A stretch of 64,000 nt of DNA from Bdellovibrionales bacterium (GCA_964230645.1 CAXRHT010000001.1:736001-800000), one strand, 5' to 3'; shown: positions 1 through 10,063, numbered from the stretch's first letter. The notes: a model not told the origin generated them from the letters alone. Translations and numbers: made by a program.

Positions 1-892
1 TGTCTCCCGTTTCATTCTGAGCCTCATGAATCAGTCCTAAAAGCGCATGGTGGAGATTGTTGTACTGGTGAGCTAGCCCTCCAGCTAAAACACCAATGGT
101 GCTCAGGCGTTCTTCCTGCACCATTTTTTCAATACGCCTCTTCTCCTCTGAAATGTCAGTGTAAGACACAAAGGTGTAGAACTTTCCGTAAAGAGAGCTC
201 ACTCTTAACCAAAGGGGTTCTCCTTCACTGCGATCGAGAAAAAGTTCTTCATCGACCACACCGCCAATTCTTTGGGACTTTTTCACCAAATGCCAGAGTT
301 CATCGGAAATCGACTCATCGAGATCTTCCCAGAAGTTTCCTGAATTTTGTCGGCCTCGATTAAAAAGTAGATTGAGGTCATCTTTGATGATTGTGTAACG
401 ACCAAAACGGTCCACCTGAAAGGTATTTTGAGGAAAGGCTTTAAATAGATTTCGCAAAGCACCAACCATGGCCTTCACTTCCTCGTACTCGCCTTCTAGC
501 TCCGTTTTTTCATTCTCTATTTGTGTAGTTTTCTTCACAAGCGAATCGTAAGCCTTGCGCGCTTGCATAAAAATCAGAATAAACTGGCCCTTTTTCTCCT
601 CATAAAGAACGGCTTGCCAGGTATTGTTATCTCCTAAAACACCACTTTTAGAGCGTGGCTCGAGAATCAAATTGTATTGGTCATCTGTCGCCTGAGCTGG
701 ATTCATACACTCGTAGATATCACTGAGAGATTTAGCGCTAAGAATGGCGTCTAGTTTAGTGGGCGTGTCGTTAAGAAACAACTTTTTAGCCGCGGAATTG
801 GCCTCCAAAATCCAGCCCTCTGGCTGTAGCCTCATGATGGGAATAGGGACTTTTTGAAACTGAAGGAAATTCGCTTCGCGACCGTTGCTCAT
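1..892 (-). CDS. PAS-domain sensor histidine kinase, 5' part (continues past the left edge)
   Basis: Not in the ORF track. My translation from ATG 892 reads MSNGREANFLQFQKVPIPIMRLQPEGWILEAN...(PAS-like)...QEERLSTIGVLAGGLAHQYNNLHHALLG, a HisKA H-box. The frame is open to the window edge. Confidence 0.85.
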   Translation of the reverse strand, partial: MSNGREANFLQFQKVPIPIMRLQPEGWILEANSAAKKLFLNDTPTKLDAILSAKSLSDIYECMNPAQATDDQYNLILEPRSKSGVLGDNNTWQAVLYEEKKGQFILIFMQARKAYDSLVKKTTQIENEKTELEGEYEEVKAMVGALRNLFKAFPQNTFQVDRFGRYTIIKDDLNLLFNRGRQNSGNFWEDLDESISDELWHLVKKSQRIGGVVDEELFLDRSEGEPLWLRVSSLYGKFYTFVSYTDISEEKRRIEKMVQEERLSTIGVLAGGLAHQYNNLHHALLGLIHEAQNETGD

Positions 893-947
893 AGGCTCAA
901 CCTAAGATAAGTTCAGTAAAATTCCAACGAATATTTCGGGAGGAAGA

Positions 948-3900
948 ATGGCGCAGCCTTTTTGTGTAGTCGGGATCGGATGTTCAGCCGGCGGAATCGA
1001 AGTTCTTAAAGAACTGGTCGGAGGTCTTCCTTCTGAAAAAGCCAGTTATATCTTGGCGCAACATCTCTCTCCGAATCATGAGTCTCGCATGGTTGATATC
1101 CTCGAGAGACTTTCCAGCCTCCCCATCGTTGAGGCCTCAAATGGTGCTAAAATCGAAGAGGGTAAAATCTATACTACTCCTCCTGGTGTTAAAGTGTCTG
1201 TAGAACAGGGTAGAATTAAACTAGATAGATTTCCTAATGAAGGCGAGAAAAGAAGTCCTCTGCACACCGTCGACGTATTGTTTGAATCGATTGCCCTTGA
1301 GTACAAAGACGCGTCCATTGCGGTTGTCCTCTCCGGGAGTGGCAACGACGGGGTAAGAGGCTGCCGAGCCATTAAGGAAGCAGGAGGGGCCGTCATTGCC
1401 CAGTCAGGACATTCCGCCCAGTTTTCAAGTATGCCCCAAAATATTATTTCTTCTGATTTGGCAGATCTTGTGGCTGATCCCAGTGAGGTTCCTGAGGCCA
1501 TTCACGCCATTATCAAACAAGTAAGTTTAGGAGAAAAAATCTTCACTCAAGATGATGAAGAGGGAAGTTCCATCTTTGAGAAAATCGTACGCCTCATCTC
1601 CAAAAGTTCAGGCATTGATTTTTTTCGCTACAGAACCTCCACACTCCGTCGCCGAATCAGCAAACGTGTGGGAATCAATAAATTTACTGGACTCTTTGAA
1701 TACTACGACCATTTACAGAAAAACCCTGAGGAACTGGATATTATTGCTAAAGAATTTCTGATTGGCGTGACCGCATTTTTCAGAGACAAAGAGGCCTTCA
1801 AAGCTTTACAAGAAAAGGCGATCGCTCCCCTTATTGAGAATCTTCAAGAAAGAGATGAATTAAGAATTTGGGTCCCCGCCTGCTCCTCCGGTGAAGAAGC
1901 CTACACCATTGCTATTATCATCGAAGAAGAGAAGGCTCGGACGAACAAGAATTTCACCTACCGCATTTTTGCAACCGACATTGATGAAAGGGCCATTACA
2001 GCGGCACAACTGGGACAATATCCAGCTCCTCTCTTACAAGATCTACCCTCACGTTATCGAACACGCTACTTTGAAGAAATTGGTGATGAAGTGTTCAGGG
2101 TCTCTAGGCAACTGAAAGATCACATTGTTTTTTCAAAACACGATATTACTATCGATCCGCCTTTTGGCAGAATGAGTCTCATCTCATTTCGCAACTGTTC
2201 TATCTATTTGAAAAAAGAAACCCAAAGGCAGGTTCTCTCCATTCTTGAGCACAGTATGAAGATTGGTGGTTATCTTTTCCTTGGTGGTAGTGAAACAGCA
2301 AACAAAGAGCTTGAACTGGAAACCATTGACTCTTCAGCAAAGGTTTACCAAAAGAGCAAACATCGTTCGATGCACTCAAAGTTTGAAGTTCTTAAACTAC
2401 AAAATGAAAGACTGAAATATCGCCCTAATGAAAAGACTTCTTTAAAACATAAAGATGAAGTTCTTCTCGAGGTAAGTCACTATCTCCTCGGTGAAATGGT
2501 CTCCCCTTCTGTTTTGTTGGACCGTGAGGGAAGGCTTCTGCATGTTTTTGGAGACGTTTCAGACTTTGCTTTTTTCCAAGCCGGAGACTTTGATGGCACA
2601 TTTTTCGATTGTCTTCATAAAGATCTAAGATCTTCGGTTTCCCTTTCATTGAAGAAACTTGAGAACCGTGACAAAAAGCAGGAAAATATCCTCATCTCTA
2701 AGGTGAGAAACTATAAAGACGAGGGTGTTGATCTCGTCATTAAAAGTGTTGAAATCAAAACCAAGAGTTTTCAACCCGTCTACTTTGTTTCTTTCAATCG
2801 TCTTAACAAAAATATAGCACCCGAAGACGGCGTCAGTGACGAGAGTCAAGAGGATGTCACGAGCTTAAAAAATGAATTGGAGCAAAGTCGACGAGATCTT
2901 GATTTTACCGTAGAAAATTTAGAGTCGACCAACGAAGAGTTGCAGACCACAAATGAAGAACTTGTCACTTCCAACGAGGAACTTCAAAGTACAAACGAAG
3001 AGTTACAGTCTGTCAATGAAGAGCTTCATACTATGAATGCTGAATTCCAAGACAAAATCGAAGAGCTCTCACAAGCCAATCGTGATATGGATATTTTGCT
3101 GAGTGTCTCCAAAGTTGGAACACTTTTCTTAGATAAAGACCTTATGATTCGCAAGATCTCCCAAGAAGCTATGACGGCGATGGATTTGCGCGAAGGAGAT
3201 ATTGGTCGACCACTGGCACAGTTCCATAACCCTCTTTACGATCAATTCCTCAACGATTGTCAAAATGTGTTGAGTTCTGAAAAGCCCCTTGAGCATCAGG
3301 TACAACTCCCCGGGCGAGGCTGGAACTTGATCAAAATTCACCCTTACCAAAATTCCAATAACGACAACGGTAAGAATGGCGGAATCGTTGTTCTTATTAT
3401 CAATATTAGTGAATTGAGAGCTGTGAAGGATTCCCAGTCTTGGTTGTTGAAATTTCTTTTAAGTGAAAGAGAAGTAAGCTTTGCTGTCGACATGGAAGGA
3501 AATATCACCCAGTGGCCAAAGTCCGCCGAGGAGTTCTTTGGATTTTCTAAAGAAGAAATGATTGGGAAAAACGAAAACATTCTCATCCCACTTCAGGCAC
3601 ACGCTGATATTGAGCTCCTTCATAATCAGGTGGAAAAAGGGCAAGCCGCCTATTTACAAAAAACCTATCGCTTAACAGCTAAGGACGATGAGGTCTCGGT
3701 CACTCTGATTGCCTACGGAAAACATTCTGAAAAAGGTAAGCTTAAAGGCTTGCAGTACACTATTTTTCCTGTGGATGAAGCCAGTGACCGTAAGCAACGC
3801 CTTTACAATGAACTTGAAACCACTCGTAGTTATCTAGAATACTTGCCTGAAGCCTTGGTGGCTTTCGATCGTGACGGTAACATTATCTATGGTAACCAAA

Positions 3901-4184
3901 GGGCCTGTAAATTGTTAAAAATTTCCCAGCAGGAGCTCTACTCAAGACAATTTAGCTCTGAAGAATGGGAGGCGACAAACGAGCAAGGAGAGCCCCTGGC
4001 TGAGGAGGATCTTCCTTTTGCTCAACTCTTTAGAGGACGGGAACCACTCGACAGTCAAATCCTCTTTGTCAAAAATGGTGAGGGTAAAAAAATCAAGATT
4101 GAAGTGAGTGGTAACACCATACTCAACGATGGTAATGTTGAAAGAGTCGTGTTGACCATGCGAGAGCTAGAAAATAATCAGTAA
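948..4184 (+). CDS. CheB methylesterase-CheR methyltransferase fusion with coiled coil and PAS domains
   Basis: CheB triad motifs GCSAGG, QHL and GNDG. CheR motifs IGVTAFFRD, ACSSGEEAYT, ATDID and DPPF. (L)xSTNEE heptads and C-terminal PAS repeats. SD GGAGG upstream. Confidence 0.93.
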   Translation: MAQPFCVVGIGCSAGGIEVLKELVGGLPSEKASYILAQHLSPNHESRMVDILERLSSLPIVEASNGAKIEEGKIYTTPPGVKVSVEQGRIKLDRFPNEGEKRSPLHTVDVLFESIALEYKDASIAVVLSGSGNDGVRGCRAIKEAGGAVIAQSGHSAQFSSMPQNIISSDLADLVADPSEVPEAIHAIIKQVSLGEKIFTQDDEEGSSIFEKIVRLISKSSGIDFFRYRTSTLRRRISKRVGINKFTGLFEYYDHLQKNPEELDIIAKEFLIGVTAFFRDKEAFKALQEKAIAPLIENLQERDELRIWVPACSSGEEAYTIAIIIEEEKARTNKNFTYRIFATDIDERAITAAQLGQYPAPLLQDLPSRYRTRYFEEIGDEVFRVSRQLKDHIVFSKHDITIDPPFGRMSLISFRNCSIYLKKETQRQVLSILEHSMKIGGYLFLGGSETANKELELETIDSSAKVYQKSKHRSMHSKFEVLKLQNERLKYRPNEKTSLKHKDEVLLEVSHYLLGEMVSPSVLLDREGRLLHVFGDVSDFAFFQAGDFDGTFFDCLHKDLRSSVSLSLKKLENRDKKQENILISKVRNYKDEGVDLVIKSVEIKTKSFQPVYFVSFNRLNKNIAPEDGVSDESQEDVTSLKNELEQSRRDLDFTVENLESTNEELQTTNEELVTSNEELQSTNEELQSVNEELHTMNAEFQDKIEELSQANRDMDILLSVSKVGTLFLDKDLMIRKISQEAMTAMDLREGDIGRPLAQFHNPLYDQFLNDCQNVLSSEKPLEHQVQLPGRGWNLIKIHPYQNSNNDNGKNGGIVVLIINISELRAVKDSQSWLLKFLLSEREVSFAVDMEGNITQWPKSAEEFFGFSKEEMIGKNENILIPLQAHADIELLHNQVEKGQAAYLQKTYRLTAKDDEVSVTLIAYGKHSEKGKLKGLQYTIFPVDEASDRKQRLYNELETTRSYLEYLPEALVAFDRDGNIIYGNQRACKLLKISQQELYSRQFSSEEWEATNEQGEPLAEEDLPFAQLFRGREPLDSQILFVKNGEGKKIKIEVSGNTILNDGNVERVVLTMRELENNQ

Positions 4185-4228
4185 CAATAAGAGGGGCTAA
4201 AAAGTTTGCCCCCTTGATCAAAGTCTAC

Positions 4229-4822
4229 TTATTTTTTAATTTCAGCAATTTTGGCCGCTGAAGATGGCTTGAGCTGACTATCAATTTTTATTTTCACCTC
4301 ATCAGCCACAGTCACTCCCATAAACGAGGGCACTCCAACTTTAAAATCGCTGAGCTTTAATTGAAATTCGGCCATAAGGTTTTGGTTTGAATCGATAGAA
4401 TAGCTCACATCCATCTCTCGTTTTTCACCATGAAGTTGCAAGATTGCCTTAAGGGTGCTGCTATCAAGTTTTGGATCGGCTAAATTCCAGGATTGCGGCA
4501 ATTCTTGATCCTTAATAACTAGTTTCGCTTTGGGGTACTTTTCAACTTCTAAGTACTTTTCCTTCATATGCTGATTGCGAAGGTCCATTCCCGTATCCAG
4601 TTTAGAAAGATCCAGCTCTAAGAGGCCTCCAATTTTCTTGCCTTCAATCTGTAGCTGACCGGAAGGTCCTTCCCCTTTGCCGTGAATCTTCAAAAACCCG
4701 GGGTTGCCCACGGCTATGAACTCAGCTTTTCCATCACTAGCCTTAAGCTCTACAGTCTCGGCAAATCCCATCAAGGGAAAAAGTAAAATTAAAACCGTTG
4801 CTATTACTCTTAAATTTCTCAT
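4229..4822 (-). CDS. YceI-family periplasmic protein
   Basis: Signal peptide and the motif LDTGMDLRNQHMKEKYLEVEKYP...LHG. Confidence 0.88.
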   Translation of the reverse strand: MRNLRVIATVLILLFPLMGFAETVELKASDGKAEFIAVGNPGFLKIHGKGEGPSGQLQIEGKKIGGLLELDLSKLDTGMDLRNQHMKEKYLEVEKYPKAKLVIKDQELPQSWNLADPKLDSSTLKAILQLHGEKREMDVSYSIDSNQNLMAEFQLKLSDFKVGVPSFMGVTVADEVKIKIDSQLKPSSAAKIAEIKK

Positions 4823-4840
4823 CGTTATCTCCTTTTTAAT

Positions 4841-5299
4841 TTATTCTTCCATCATTTCTTCGCATAGGACGGCGCCAATTTCGTCAACGGCTCCATCCTG
4901 AACCCAAGCGGCCACCAGGTCTTTTTGATTCTGATTGAGGGAGGGTCTTGAGGGGGGCGGCATCATGCCATTCACAACTTGAAATTCGATGCGACTTGCG
5001 GCAGCCTTCGCGCCTTCAAAGCTTGAGAGATCGACCCCGGCCGCCGGGAACTGTCCGGAGTGACACCCCACACAGCTTGATTGAAAAACTTCCTGATTGA
5101 CCTCTTCAAAAACAACTAAATCGGGATTGGTGTTCATATCATCACAGTTTTGACCGTCTTCCATTCCTGCACTGCCTTCTCCACCAGCGGAGTTGGTCGG
5201 TGTGGCTGGGGGCGTGTGTTTGGAGTAGTTACAGCTTGCTAAGAAAACGAATATTAACAACCCCACAAAATGACCTGTGATTAAATTTTTAAAACCCAT
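4841..5299 (-). CDS. monoheme c-type cytochrome lipoprotein
   Basis: Lipobox LASC, heme motif CVGCH, distal MPP and C-terminal WVQDGA. Start moved to ATG 5299, which has SD GGGGAGGG. Confidence 0.8.
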   Translation of the reverse strand: MGFKNLITGHFVGLLIFVFLASCNYSKHTPPATPTNSAGGEGSAGMEDGQNCDDMNTNPDLVVFEEVNQEVFQSSCVGCHSGQFPAAGVDLSSFEGAKAAASRIEFQVVNGMMPPPSRPSLNQNQKDLVAAWVQDGAVDEIGAVLCEEMMEE

Positions 5300-5553
5300 A
5301 CAAACCCTCCCCGTGAGTTTTATTCTCTTCATTTTTACCGTTCATTCACTTTTGTTTAAATGACCTAAAAAGCAAATATCTGTTGCTCTTTAAGCAACAA
5401 TAACTTTTTCGCCCCAGCCCCTGCTGTGACCTCCATTGCAATATATTGAAATAGGGCTCTAGCTGCCACTGATTCGAGCTACTGAAAATGTTGTGATTTG
5501 TTGCTTTTTAAAATGAGCTGAGCTCTAGAGATCGTTTTTTATGAGGAGTAGGT

Positions 5554-5591
5554 AAAAAAAAAGCAAAGCCGTCACTGACTTTGCTTTTTTT
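5554..5591 (-). terminator. intrinsic terminator closing the gliding-like operon (could act in both directions)
   Basis: Inverted repeat aaaaaaagcaaag...ctttgcttttttt with A and T tracts, 20 bp past the stop at 5612. Confidence 0.8.
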
Positions 5592-5611
5592 GAAAAATGT
5601 TTCGATTGAAA

Positions 5612-7348
5612 CTATTGTCCAATTCGATTGGAGTTTAGGCGATTGGCTGTGCGTGGATCCACGGACTGATACTCGACCACTAGGTTTCTCGTACCAAGCT
5701 CTCCTTGGTTTATAAGAATGAGTTTGCGCACACCAGGCTGGATTAATATATTCCAACACAAAGCTTCTCCTTGGTTCGCCCCACAAACAGGAACGCTTCT
5801 CTCTGGATTATCCGCAAAATAAACACGAATTTCTCCCATCGGAATATGTTCTAAATTGTATTCCCCTCGCTGTACCGACTTATCAAACAAGTCTTTAGCG
5901 ATCTGGGGTAAATCTTCACCATAGGTTCCGCTGCAGATATTGAGAATGTTACTTCCTTGGCTAGCGCGACCACTTGTCATTCGCAAGAAAGACTCTAATT
6001 TTTGTGGTCGATCGTAACCCTCGCGGCCGCGAATATCATCGTCCACTCTTCCATCACCACAGTTTCTTCGTGACCATTGCGAAGAAAATCGATTCTGTAA
6101 ATCAAAACTCACCGAGTTTTTGTGAAGCACACCATATGTGGAAATCTTGTCTCTAGAGCTTTGACCACCCTTGAGTTGCCGCAAGGCTTCTGCAGCCATG
6201 GCTGGATTGATATCCACAGACTGGTCCACTGTATCGGTGACAAAAATCACTCCCAAATGAGCATCTTGTCTGATGAATCCGGAATTGTGATTCTCAGAAA
6301 ACTCACTCCATTGCTCTTCCCTATTCGGATCCTCTAAGCCTGGAGGAGTCCACTGATTGTCATCTTCTGGATGTGTGGCAGGGTACTGACTCCTATAATG
6401 ACTGGCTGAATTTCCAAAAATTAGATAGCGAGAATTCAGAGCGGCAATCATTGGTGAAAGCATCTCTTCAAAACGAGGGCCTACCGCTTCTTGAATTAAA
6501 ACCTCCGTTAACGAGCTTTGAAACTCTCTAGCCTCATCCTGATCAGTGGGTCTGGCTCGAGGTCCGTTATTTATAGTGTTGCCATTGGACTCATAGCCCA
6601 CTTCGTCTCGTTCTATATATTCTTGGGCTCCGACTTTAAGAGTCTCACGTAAATCTGACAATTGCGTGCTTGTGGTCGCAAACTTCTCGATGGGTCGTTT
6701 TATTTGACCTGTTTGATTGTCTATAAAAGGAAGAAGGCTTCCCAAACGGTAGAAATTTCTTGTGGCCACATAATTTTGCTCGCCTTGTAAGGGACGAGAC
6801 CATTCTGTAACACCTTCTTCGTAACGATCATCACCCACTTGTCCTCTTTTAAAGTATCGACGGGAATCATAAATCGGAGTCACAGCAATACGGTAGTCAA
6901 GAAGATCCAAATGAGATAACTCTTCCACAAAGTCTTCCATTGCCGCTGCCAAATTGTTTTGGTGGGTTTCCATACTATTGGAATCATCAATGACAAAAAG
7001 TAAATCCAATTGAGGACGAGTTTCCTGATTCGTTAATGAAATATTTTGGGTGACATTGATAAGATCGGCATCATCTACCTCAGAAAGCTCTGGCGGACGA
7101 GGAATCTCGATACTTAGAACCTCTCCTGTTTCCGGAAGTTCAGGAAATTCCGGGTTTTCAAAACTGGGTTCTTGAATCTCAGGCTCAGCAAACCTTGCCG
7201 AGCGGGTTTCACCTTGTAGTGATGGACTCTCAACCTGATAGAGGTCTGTTGTTTCCGATTGGCAAGCAGAGAGAAAACAAAGTGATGTGAGGATCACTCC
7301 CCAACTCAAACACTTTTTCGCTTTCATTTTTCTATTATACCAATTCAT
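5612..7348 (-). CDS. vWA-domain surface lipoprotein (CglB-like adhesin candidate)
   Basis: Lipobox LSAC, MIDAS motif LFVIDDSNS and a later IFVTD. Last gene of the Agl-Glt-like operon. ATG 7348 overlaps the upstream stop (ATGA). Confidence 0.72.
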   Translation of the reverse strand: MNWYNRKMKAKKCLSWGVILTSLCFLSACQSETTDLYQVESPSLQGETRSARFAEPEIQEPSFENPEFPELPETGEVLSIEIPRPPELSEVDDADLINVTQNISLTNQETRPQLDLLFVIDDSNSMETHQNNLAAAMEDFVEELSHLDLLDYRIAVTPIYDSRRYFKRGQVGDDRYEEGVTEWSRPLQGEQNYVATRNFYRLGSLLPFIDNQTGQIKRPIEKFATTSTQLSDLRETLKVGAQEYIERDEVGYESNGNTINNGPRARPTDQDEAREFQSSLTEVLIQEAVGPRFEEMLSPMIAALNSRYLIFGNSASHYRSQYPATHPEDDNQWTPPGLEDPNREEQWSEFSENHNSGFIRQDAHLGVIFVTDTVDQSVDINPAMAAEALRQLKGGQSSRDKISTYGVLHKNSVSFDLQNRFSSQWSRRNCGDGRVDDDIRGREGYDRPQKLESFLRMTSGRASQGSNILNICSGTYGEDLPQIAKDLFDKSVQRGEYNLEHIPMGEIRVYFADNPERSVPVCGANQGEALCWNILIQPGVRKLILINQGELGTRNLVVEYQSVDPRTANRLNSNRIGQ

Positions 7349-8169
7349 TTTGAAACCACCTTTCTCACTGGTTGAGGGCAATTCTTTGCATTGACTTGTA
7401 ATTGGTCTATTTCATCAATCCAAACGTCATTTTCTTCATAGGGAAATTGTAGGTCGTATTGACCGACTTTTTGCTCGGGACCCGCTTGACCTCGCTCTCC
7501 CTGTAAGCTTTTATCAAGATACATTCTTTGAATGGAATCCGCTTCGACCAAACTTAAATGTTGAATCACGTCAGAGTAGTGCGCGAGTTCCCACTGGGAT
7601 TTAGGGTTACGTCTTGTTTGCAGTCCTGACTCTAAATTTTCAATTTTTTTGCGACTCACCTTCTTAAACTGATCGATGATCTTAAAAACTCGCGTGAAGT
7701 CACAAACCTGATAAGCAGCAAAAGCACTTAAAAAGAAAGCCTCTGGACTGACGACCTTTCTGAAAAGAGGTGACATCAGTGTGTGAGAGTCAGCTAAAGC
7801 TTGATTGGCTTTTCCAAGGTAAATTAAAGCCCAAGCTCTTTCCTCTACAGAGGAGAGCCAATGATCCGACTTTTTAGAGATCTTTTTATAGGACTTATAG
7901 GCTTTAGCGTACTCACCTTTATTGAACAAGGTACGCCCTTGGGCTAATGCCACATCGTCTTTAATTTTTTGGTCTTTCGATTGAATTTTGGCAAGCACTT
8001 TCAGGGCCGAGTTATTATGCCCACGATCAGCGTGGGTGTAAGCTCGTTTCAATTGGGCTTGAACGTTTGAAGCTCCTTGAGCTCCTGCTGTGAAAAAACT
8101 AGCAACGAGAAAAGCCATGAGACTCAAGGATTTTTTATCTTTAAAAAATCTTATCATCAGTAAAATCAT
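7345..8169 (-). CDS. secreted TPR protein (GltC-like)
   Basis: Signal peptide, TPR helices (ALAQGRTLFNKGEY, EERAWA), C-terminal FPYEENDVWIDEID...NC tail, and operon position. Confidence 0.7.
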   Translation of the reverse strand: MILLMIRFFKDKKSLSLMAFLVASFFTAGAQGASNVQAQLKRAYTHADRGHNNSALKVLAKIQSKDQKIKDDVALAQGRTLFNKGEYAKAYKSYKKISKKSDHWLSSVEERAWALIYLGKANQALADSHTLMSPLFRKVVSPEAFFLSAFAAYQVCDFTRVFKIIDQFKKVSRKKIENLESGLQTRRNPKSQWELAHYSDVIQHLSLVEADSIQRMYLDKSLQGERGQAGPEQKVGQYDLQFPYEENDVWIDEIDQLQVNAKNCPQPVRKVVSK

Positions 8170-8864
8170 AGTAGAAAACCTACCTTCGCGGTGAATACCG
8201 TTTGTTCAAGTCTGCGGTCAACATCGTTAGATATTTTGTCTTTGTAGGTCTGGTACCTAATCTCAAAACGAGTGGATAGCCAGTTAGTAAACCAAAATCC
8301 AACGCCACCACCAGCACTGATTAGGTCGCTAGCCCCTGAACGCGCCAAATTGATTTGACCGTATCCACCCTGTAGATAGATATCAAATTGAGTAACATTC
8401 ATATTAAAAAGATTAATTTTTCCGTAAACAGGATAAAAAGAAACCGCGGCAAGATACCCATCTTTAGGAAAGTCTCTTACATCAGGTACAATCCCTGATT
8501 GCGCATTAAAAACTCTTTGTCCCTCTTGTGAAAGCTCATTATTAAAAGAATAGTAACGTCCTCCGAGAGACCAGCGAGGAGTAATATGGACTTCTAATGA
8601 GCCCTCGAGTTGGCTCGAATCAACATAAGGGTTTCCACCGGTCAGATAACCGTAACCAACACTTCCTTCCACACGCCAAGTTCTATCGACAGCTCTCTTC
8701 TGAACCACTCTTACTTTGTTGTTTGGTTTTAACTTACGGGCCCGGCGAACAATGTCTCGGTTCACACCCAGATTATCTAAATCTTTAGACGCTTTCTTGG
8801 CCTGTGCGTTCACACAGGTAAACATTAATAAAAAGGTGATGACTATTCGACTTGTTGACAACAT
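8166..8864 (-). CDS. outer-membrane beta-barrel protein (GltA/GltB/GltH-like)
   Basis: Signal peptide, VRVVQKR, FYPVYGKINLF...FDIY, alternating beta strands and C-terminal VGFLL. Confidence 0.8.
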   Translation of the reverse strand: MLSTSRIVITFLLMFTCVNAQAKKASKDLDNLGVNRDIVRRARKLKPNNKVRVVQKRAVDRTWRVEGSVGYGYLTGGNPYVDSSQLEGSLEVHITPRWSLGGRYYSFNNELSQEGQRVFNAQSGIVPDVRDFPKDGYLAAVSFYPVYGKINLFNMNVTQFDIYLQGGYGQINLARSGASDLISAGGGVGFWFTNWLSTRFEIRYQTYKDKISNDVDRRLEQTVFTAKVGFLL

Positions 8865-10063
8865 TACAATGACTCCTCAATTGATAGACCTCGCGTAACG
8901 GGAACACTGGTAAGACCACTCACTACACTCTGAGAATTCACAGTGATCTGAGCTGTCAGATTTCTCCAGTTTTCTGGAGCAAGGTTGGGGTGAATTTGAT
9001 ATACATAAGTCCATCCCTCTCCCACTTTACTGGGATTTTCCCCGGAAACGGCCGCTGTCACCATGGATGCAGCATTCATGGTTTGGTTGGCCGATGTTCC
9101 CGAATCATTTTGCAATGAAAAGGAAACACTAGGTGCCTGATCCCCTTGGATATCAGCCGGGTCGATCACATGAATAAACAATTGATCACCCTGTTGACTG
9201 ACCTCCACCTCAGGTCTTTGTCGTATTTGATTAATTTTAATAACAACATCTTTTTCCACAGTCTGTTGTTGCACAAGAGCTCTTTCGCGCTCATCTTCAA
9301 TAAGTGAAGTGTCTATCATTGGACGAACGGTAAAAGTATTGCTCACTGAAGTCTGTCCTAGAGGAACCTCAACTTGAGGGGCTCCAGAAATAACCCATGT
9401 GTTAGCTTCTTCGTCACTTTGAGTGAGGCTTAGGCCTTCTGGTAGGTCGGGAGTAATATCAAGACCCTGGACACTGTTGCCACCGACATTGAGTTGAAAA
9501 AAGATACGATGGGTCTGGGGCTCTTGAACATTCCATTCAAAAGTCTCAGCCAGTGCTCCTGTAAATTCAAATTGGTAGAGAAGACCTTGGAAATTTAATG
9601 GTTCAGGATTTTGCAGCTCTTCTTCACAACGAAGAGTTCTCTGCTCCCAAGTATCAACGGTCGAACGCAGACCTGCGATCACTTGTTCTTGGTCAGCACG
9701 AAATGTAGCGAGTTCCTGCTCAAACTGAGCCCTTTGGGCCTCCCACTGCTCTTGATTGTTGCTGTTTTGAGAGCGTAGACGCTGCTCAATCGCTTCGTAT
9801 TCATTGGTAAGGTTCTGAATTCGAGTTTGGTTTTCTTGCTCTAATGCGGCAATTGACTGATCGTAGGCTTGAGTCTCCTGTTCAAAACGAGCCTGCCAAT
9901 CTTGTTGGTTTTGCTGCCTTTCACTTTCAGTCACGTAACTGCTTGAATCTTTTCCCTCCAGAGGATCAGCGCCATTGCCGCCAAATCCACAATGAGTTAA
10001 AGAGAGGGACAGTCCGGCTGCTAAAAGGACATTAAAGTATTGTTTGCTTCCTATTTTAGCCAT
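8864..10063 (-). CDS. acidic lipoprotein with a Q/E-rich coiled coil and Ig-like domain(s)
   Basis: Lipobox LTHC at C25, roughly 100 aa of coiled coil, and LPEGLSL...WVISGAP resembling a putative-Ig motif. Confidence 0.7.
   Translation of the reverse strand: MAKIGSKQYFNVLLAAGLSLSLTHCGFGGNGADPLEGKDSSSYVTESERQQNQQDWQARFEQETQAYDQSIAALEQENQTRIQNLTNEYEAIEQRLRSQNSNNQEQWEAQRAQFEQELATFRADQEQVIAGLRSTVDTWEQRTLRCEEELQNPEPLNFQGLLYQFEFTGALAETFEWNVQEPQTHRIFFQLNVGGNSVQGLDITPDLPEGLSLTQSDEEANTWVISGAPQVEVPLGQTSVSNTFTVRPMIDTSLIEDERERALVQQQTVEKDVVIKINQIRQRPEVEVSQQGDQLFIHVIDPADIQGDQAPSVSFSLQNDSGTSANQTMNAASMVTAAVSGENPSKVGEGWTYVYQIHPNLAPENWRNLTAQITVNSQSVVSGLTSVPVTRGLSIEESL

Noticed and set aside
2915..3045. 21-bp periodic DNA repeat
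   Set aside because: It is explained by the coding (L)xSTNEE heptads typical of CheBR fusions.
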